NCBI GenBank assembly: GCA_002505455.1
Contig: DAVB01000027.1
Location: forward strand, 4,134-55,780
From: Euryarchaeota archaeon UBA52
GTDB lineage: Archaea; Thermoplasmatota; Poseidoniia; Poseidoniales; Thalassarchaeaceae
Direction of reading: 5' to 3'
Length of the DNA stretch: 51,647 bases
The position numbers and the translations under genes were made by a program. Below, in pieces: positions 47,151 through 51,647 of this stretch (the first letter of the stretch is position 1; each line of letters begins with the position of its first letter). A model generated the notes under the pieces. The model ran no database searches. It was not told where the DNA came from and worked only from the letters and a program-made list of their open reading frames with translations.

Positions 47151-47948
47151 ATGAGTGGCGAGTGGCTAGCGCTGGTGGAATCAGACGGTAGGGCCTATTT
47201 GCTTCAAAGGGGAGCAGGGGAAGTTCGCGTAAGGGGGCTAGGTCGATTCAATGTGGATGATGCACTTGGGGACGTTGTGCCCGGCGACTCTCTCGTGATT
47301 GGCCAGAAGACTCTCAGAGTTGTCAATCCGGGCCTCCCCGAAGCTAGAAGGGCCATGAAACGCAGGGCGCAAGTCATTCTTGCGAAAGATGCGGGCTACC
47401 TGATATCCAGAATGGGCATCGGCGTGGGCTCAAAAGTTCTTGAAGGCGGCCATGGATCTGCTGGACTTGCAATGCATTTAGCATCGGTGATTGGCGGTTC
47501 TGGGAAGTTAATATCTGTCGAAAACAGACCTGAGCATGCCTCAGTTGGGCGTGAGAACATGGAAACACTGAGAGAGATTCTTCCGGAGTTCCCTGAATGG
47601 CATCTTCTTGAATCGGACCTCACATCCTGTACAGAAGAAGTTTCGGCTCTCACGGAACATCTTGATGCCGTCATATTGGATCTTGCAGAACCTTGGAACG
47701 TGGTTGGTGACATTTCGAAGTTACTACGACCAGGGGGGCGGCTGGGGTGCTACTGTCCGACTAGCATACAATTGGAGAAATCGTGGGAGGCCTGCGAATC
47801 GGCTGGCCTACACATCGAATGGGCAGGGGAAGTGATAGAGCGTCGTTGGTCCAAAGCAAGTCGCGGAGGGGTTCGTCCCGGCAACCAGCCTGTAGGCCAT
47901 ACAGCGTTTCTCCTAATTGCTGCTGAGCAGCTCGTCGCTGAAGAGTGA
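47151..47948 (+). CDS. trmI: tRNA (adenine-57/58 N1)-methyltransferase
   Basis: MKRRAQVILAKD, VLEGGHGSAGL, DAVILDLAEPW, YCPTSIQL and RP....GHTAFL. Confidence 0.88.
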   Translation: MSGEWLALVESDGRAYLLQRGAGEVRVRGLGRFNVDDALGDVVPGDSLVIGQKTLRVVNPGLPEARRAMKRRAQVILAKDAGYLISRMGIGVGSKVLEGGHGSAGLAMHLASVIGGSGKLISVENRPEHASVGRENMETLREILPEFPEWHLLESDLTSCTEEVSALTEHLDAVILDLAEPWNVVGDISKLLRPGGRLGCYCPTSIQLEKSWEACESAGLHIEWAGEVIERRWSKASRGGVRPGNQPVGHTAFLLIAAEQLVAEE

Positions 47949-48031
47949 TTCACCCGAATAGTCTCGCTTGTACAATCATTTGACATCTCGGCCCGATACC
48001 ATTCAAAACCCAGCCCCGACACGACAGGGGC

Positions 48032-49441
48032 ATGAGAGACAGCAGCGACTGGTTGCCCACAGCATATCGTTCCCACACCATAGGGCAGGTTGTGACTGAT
48101 GGCGGCGATATGGTAGGTACTCAAGTTACGCTTGCAGGTTATGCTGAATCTGTACGAGGACGCGGGGGAGTTTGCTTCGTGATGCTAAGAGATGGAACTG
48201 GTAGGATCCAAGCTTTCCTGAAGAGAGATGCTATGGACGAGTCGGTATTCGAATCGATTCAATCTTCAAGCCGAGAGTCCACGATATCAGTTACGGGAAT
48301 TGTGGCTCAGAAAAGGCCCCCCAAGACTCCCGAGGGCGTCCCGGCGCCTCCTCCTGAATACGAGGTAAGCGTGTCGTCCGCAGAAATCCTGGCTCTTGCG
48401 GAAGCGCCTCTCCCTGTGGGGGTTGTTGATGACGTCAACGTGGGCCTTGACGTCAGACTAGACAATCGCCACCTCGATGTCAGGAGGGCTCATGTCAATG
48501 CGATGTTCCAGCTTCGTTCAAAGGTACTCCAATACGGAAGAGAACATCTGATCGAAGAGGGCTTCAGTGAAATGAACAGCCCGAAGATAATCGCCAGCGC
48601 GAGCGAGGGGGGGACGAATCTATTCCCCATGATGTACTTCGATACACCTGCATACCTCTCCCAGTCTCCTCAACTGTACAAGCAACTAGCGGTTCTCGGG
48701 GGGCTTGAGCGGGTCTTTGAGATAGGGCCTGCTTTCCGTGCTGAGAAACATGATACATATCGCCATCTAAATGAGTTCGTCTCCTTTGACATAGAGGCAG
48801 CATGGTGTGATGACGAGGACGTCATGGGTGTACTGGAGCGTATGATTCATTCGATATGGAGCAGGATCTCGGCTGATGACCAGGATCTTGTAGACATCAT
48901 CAATACCTACAGACACACCCAGGGGCTGGAATCGGTTATCGTAGAGGTCCCTGAACTGCCATTCCCCAGAATACCTTACGACGATGCCATAAAAATCGTG
49001 AAAGAGGGCGGGGGGGATATTGAATGGGGCGACGATATAGAGAGCCACCATTGTGACCTCATTGCTTCCAAGTACCCTGGCTTCCACTTTATTCCCCGAT
49101 GGCCTATGTCGATGAAACCGTTTTACATCCACCACAAGGAGGGCGAGATGGGGTCCACAGGCGGTCAACTAAGTCGTGGTTTTGATTTGAACTATGGCCG
49201 GGATGAGATGACTAGCGGTGGCCAGCGAGAGCATCGTGTGGAGGTTCTTGAGCAGAATCTTAGAGACATGGATCTTGATCCCGACGACTTCTCGTTCTAC
49301 ACCGATGGTTTCCGATATGGTGCACCTCCGCATGCCGGATGGGGTCTTGGAGTGGCTCGACTGCTGATGGTTCTAACCGGGGCCGGCAATGTCAGAGAAG
49401 TGGTTCTTTTCCCAAGAGATAGATCTAGAGTTACGCCATGA
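48032..49441 (+). CDS. aspS: Aspartyl-tRNA synthetase, archaeal type
   Basis: RLDNRHLDVR, SEGGTNLF, YLSQSPQLYKQ, FRAE...RHLNEF, SGGQREHR and PPHAGWGLG. Confidence 0.95.
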   Translation: MRDSSDWLPTAYRSHTIGQVVTDGGDMVGTQVTLAGYAESVRGRGGVCFVMLRDGTGRIQAFLKRDAMDESVFESIQSSSRESTISVTGIVAQKRPPKTPEGVPAPPPEYEVSVSSAEILALAEAPLPVGVVDDVNVGLDVRLDNRHLDVRRAHVNAMFQLRSKVLQYGREHLIEEGFSEMNSPKIIASASEGGTNLFPMMYFDTPAYLSQSPQLYKQLAVLGGLERVFEIGPAFRAEKHDTYRHLNEFVSFDIEAAWCDDEDVMGVLERMIHSIWSRISADDQDLVDIINTYRHTQGLESVIVEVPELPFPRIPYDDAIKIVKEGGGDIEWGDDIESHHCDLIASKYPGFHFIPRWPMSMKPFYIHHKEGEMGSTGGQLSRGFDLNYGRDEMTSGGQREHRVEVLEQNLRDMDLDPDDFSFYTDGFRYGAPPHAGWGLGVARLLMVLTGAGNVREVVLFPRDRSRVTP

Positions 49442-49804
49442 TCAAAGAGCATGCATCTCCAGAACCGATAGTTCGACTACATCGAGAGTCTTTCGATGCG
49501 TCGCCTCCAAATCCACAGGAGGTGCGCAGCCCTCATGGAGTGCCTGTTTCCACCTTTTTGCGCAGAGACACCACCTATCCCCTGGTTTCAGACCTGGAAA
49601 CCGCATATCCGGTCTTGGGGTCGTCAAATCGTTCCCTGCGCTTGCACTGAACGTCAGGAACGCCTCATCGACCACAACGCACACTGTGTGGGTTCCTCGA
49701 TCTCTTGAATCGGTATTGCAACAACCATCTCTGAACCATCCGGTAAGCGGATCTTCGCTACAGGTCTTCAAAGTGGTTCCAAGGACATTGATTGAGGGGT
49801 CCAC
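49442..49804 (-). CDS. DUF2237 family protein
   Basis: NVLGTTLKTCSEDPLTGWFRDGCC, GNDLTTPRP and GLKPGDRWCLCA. Confidence 0.9.
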   Translation of the reverse strand: MDPSINVLGTTLKTCSEDPLTGWFRDGCCNTDSRDRGTHTVCVVVDEAFLTFSASAGNDLTTPRPDMRFPGLKPGDRWCLCAKRWKQALHEGCAPPVDLEATHRKTLDVVELSVLEMHAL

Positions 49805-49861
49805 ATCATGCTGATATTAACACGGGATATCAAGCCTTGCCATCACTAATGTGGGTCTCGA

Positions 49862-51139
49862 TTATGATATGTTGGGTTCAATTTTCCTATCTTTGATGCC
49901 AAAGAGGAATCTTGAGTAACGGGAGACCCTTACAACCTCAAAGAATAACCAACAAGTGAAGACTGTGAAAGCAGTGGCTACCAATACTGCGGGCATATCT
50001 CGGAACCCCAGTTCAGATGATAGACGGAGGCCTGCAAATACAAGGGGCATGTGTACGATGTAGAATGGGTAGACCCCCTGGTTGAGATATGATAATCGCA
50101 TACTATGGCGATTCAGAAGATGGGCACCCCAAGCGAACACGACAAGACACCAAAACCATGCATGGAAACTGTGAATCGCGCAGGCAGCCAATGTCATGGA
50201 ATCATGAAGAATGTGTGGCTCCTCAAGCAGCCAGCCGCCATCAACATACGCAATTCCAGTGGAATGCTGTTCAAGGCGAATCCATACGAAAGCAAGGGTC
50301 CAGAGTAAGGCTAGAACAGTTATGAGAGTCCTGCGGGTCTCGAGAAAGTCGTACCATTCCTTCTTGGCAACGATGCATGTGAATCCTATTGCGAAGAATA
50401 TGAAGAACCAGAACCACTCGTATGCAACTCCTATGTAACCCGGGAAGAAGGGCTTGAACACGATCTCTGATATCGTCAAAATAAGAGGCATCAACAAGAG
50501 TGGCCCGATACTGTATTTTATGGAAAACATGGCCTTTATCGCCCTCGACGGTAATCCTCCGGGGTTATTCCGAACCGAGTTGAAAACAGGGGTCAGGATC
50601 AGAGAATAGAGGAATAGATTCCACAGGAACCACAGATGGCCGAGTGCGATTAACTTTCCAAAGACGGGGATCCAAAAGGAGAGCGAACGCCAGACTATGC
50701 CGAAGAGGAAGGCTGAGGTCATTTCTGACAAGTTAAAATCGATTTCACCGGTGATCAGTTGGCCTGCGAAGCCCATTGTCCAAGCTCCAAAGAACATTGG
50801 GATTAGTAGGCGTTTGACCCTCTCCTTTAGGAAAGTCTTCCACACCCTCCTCCTGAATGCGAAAGCGGTCCCCATCCCCGAAATCATGAACAGTGCTGCA
50901 AGCCTCCATTGGTGCATCCAGTGGAGTATCATGCTCTCTATGGTGACAGACTCTGCGCTGTAGTCATTATTCGCTTCTGCAAACTCCAAACGATCTTGCT
51001 CTTCAATATCTCCGATATTCGGGTTTATTTCAGTTCCGTATGTGGACCAATACACGCCTATGGCCACATGGAAGGGTATCAATAGACCAAACAGAATGAC
51101 TCTGAGCCAATCGATGTCATATCTTCTCTGACCGGTCAC
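49862..51139 (-). CDS. Acyltransferase family 3 (OpgC/MdoC-like) membrane protein
   Basis: RRYDIDWLRV...FH, WRLAALFMISG, ERVKRLLIP, HLWFLWNLF and YPFYIVH. Confidence 0.85.
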   Translation of the reverse strand: MTGQRRYDIDWLRVILFGLLIPFHVAIGVYWSTYGTEINPNIGDIEEQDRLEFAEANNDYSAESVTIESMILHWMHQWRLAALFMISGMGTAFAFRRRVWKTFLKERVKRLLIPMFFGAWTMGFAGQLITGEIDFNLSEMTSAFLFGIVWRSLSFWIPVFGKLIALGHLWFLWNLFLYSLILTPVFNSVRNNPGGLPSRAIKAMFSIKYSIGPLLLMPLILTISEIVFKPFFPGYIGVAYEWFWFFIFFAIGFTCIVAKKEWYDFLETRRTLITVLALLWTLAFVWIRLEQHSTGIAYVDGGWLLEEPHILHDSMTLAACAIHSFHAWFWCLVVFAWGAHLLNRHSMRLSYLNQGVYPFYIVHMPLVFAGLRLSSELGFRDMPAVLVATAFTVFTCWLFFEVVRVSRYSRFLFGIKDRKIEPNIS

Positions 51140-51191
51140 GATTCTCGGATGCTGGAAATTTACATTAGTAGTTTGTCACCATTGCTCACGT

Positions 51192-51455
51192 ATGCGGTGG
51201 CTGATGTTCGTGGTGCCGGCGATCCTCTTTTTCGGATTCATACCATTTAGCATCGTATTAGAGGAGGTATTCGGCCAAGGTTTGTTTTTCTTCTGCGTGA
51301 TGGTGATTTATGTGTTTTTATTCCCATTATCGCCGGTGATTGTAGGTGGCATTCTGCATGGAAGAGGAAGGCATCTGGAGATTGAAGAGGCGGGCGAACC
51401 CGAGGTAGCTGGATGGTGGGAATCTGATATGACCGAAAATGATGGGTACCAATGA
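51192..51455 (+). CDS. Small hypothetical membrane protein
   Basis: Two hydrophobic helices and an acidic tail. Confidence 0.5.
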   Translation: MRWLMFVVPAILFFGFIPFSIVLEEVFGQGLFFFCVMVIYVFLFPLSPVIVGGILHGRGRHLEIEEAGEPEVAGWWESDMTENDGYQ

Positions 51456-51474
51456 CTCCTCAGGAGAGTATAAC

Positions 51475-51647
51475 ATGCCACCTAGTTCGATGCCGGAATT
51501 CGCCTTTCTCCTCCTCAAAGAGCACCCCTACGGGAGGGAAATGTTGAGTCAGTTACTGTCAGAGAATTTCATCCCCTCGATAATAATATCAGAGGACTCG
51601 AGCATTGGCGACGAAGAGCGTGAGAAGTTTCTCAAGAGGATTGAGGG
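51475..51647 (+). CDS. Partial CDS, possibly a formyltransferase-family N-terminus
   Basis: Open to the window edge: MPPSSMPEFAFLLLKEHPYGREMLSQLLSENFIPSIIISEDS...; the family assignment is tentative. Confidence 0.45.
   Translation, partial: MPPSSMPEFAFLLLKEHPYGREMLSQLLSENFIPSIIISEDSSIGDEEREKFLKRIE

Noticed and set aside
49862-51139. Acyltransferase-3 as the PKS off-loading enzyme
   Set aside because: It lies about 36 kb away, and this family typically acylates glycans. Nothing links it to the synthase.

Overview
Archaeal chromosomal window with no detectable phage, transposon or CRISPR. The archaeal assignment rests on eL37, eL40, eL42, eS27, aIF2-alpha, Nop10, LonB and an archaeal-type AspRS. 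The gene mix and a PEGWTMEQW C-terminal motif suggest Marine Group II / Ca. Poseidoniales, which is an inference. The standout feature is a three-gene minus-strand operon at about 4.5-14.1 kb: a FabI enoyl-ACP reductase, an 8.1-kb PfaA-like iterative type I PKS/FAS (KS-AT-degenerate ACP-second KS-ACP-ACP-KR-DH) and an Sfp-type phosphopantetheinyl transferase. Together these look like a nearly complete ACP-dependent acyl-chain synthesis system in a domain that canonically makes isoprenoid ether lipids. Other highlights: a TPP riboswitch upstream of a thiBPQ transporter, a Cas4/AddB-like Fe-S nuclease fused to two RPA-like OB folds, a zinc-less eL42, a PiT-DUF47 fusion divergent from an AbrB-PhoU regulator, and a recurring non-canonical TATA-like hexamer 22-24 nt before start codons. 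There are two tRNAs (Ser-CGA, Val-CAC). The rest is housekeeping: gcdH-etfBA, purF, purA, serC, deoC, pdxT, pepE, trmI, aspS. All calls come from motif recognition by eye; no database searches were run.
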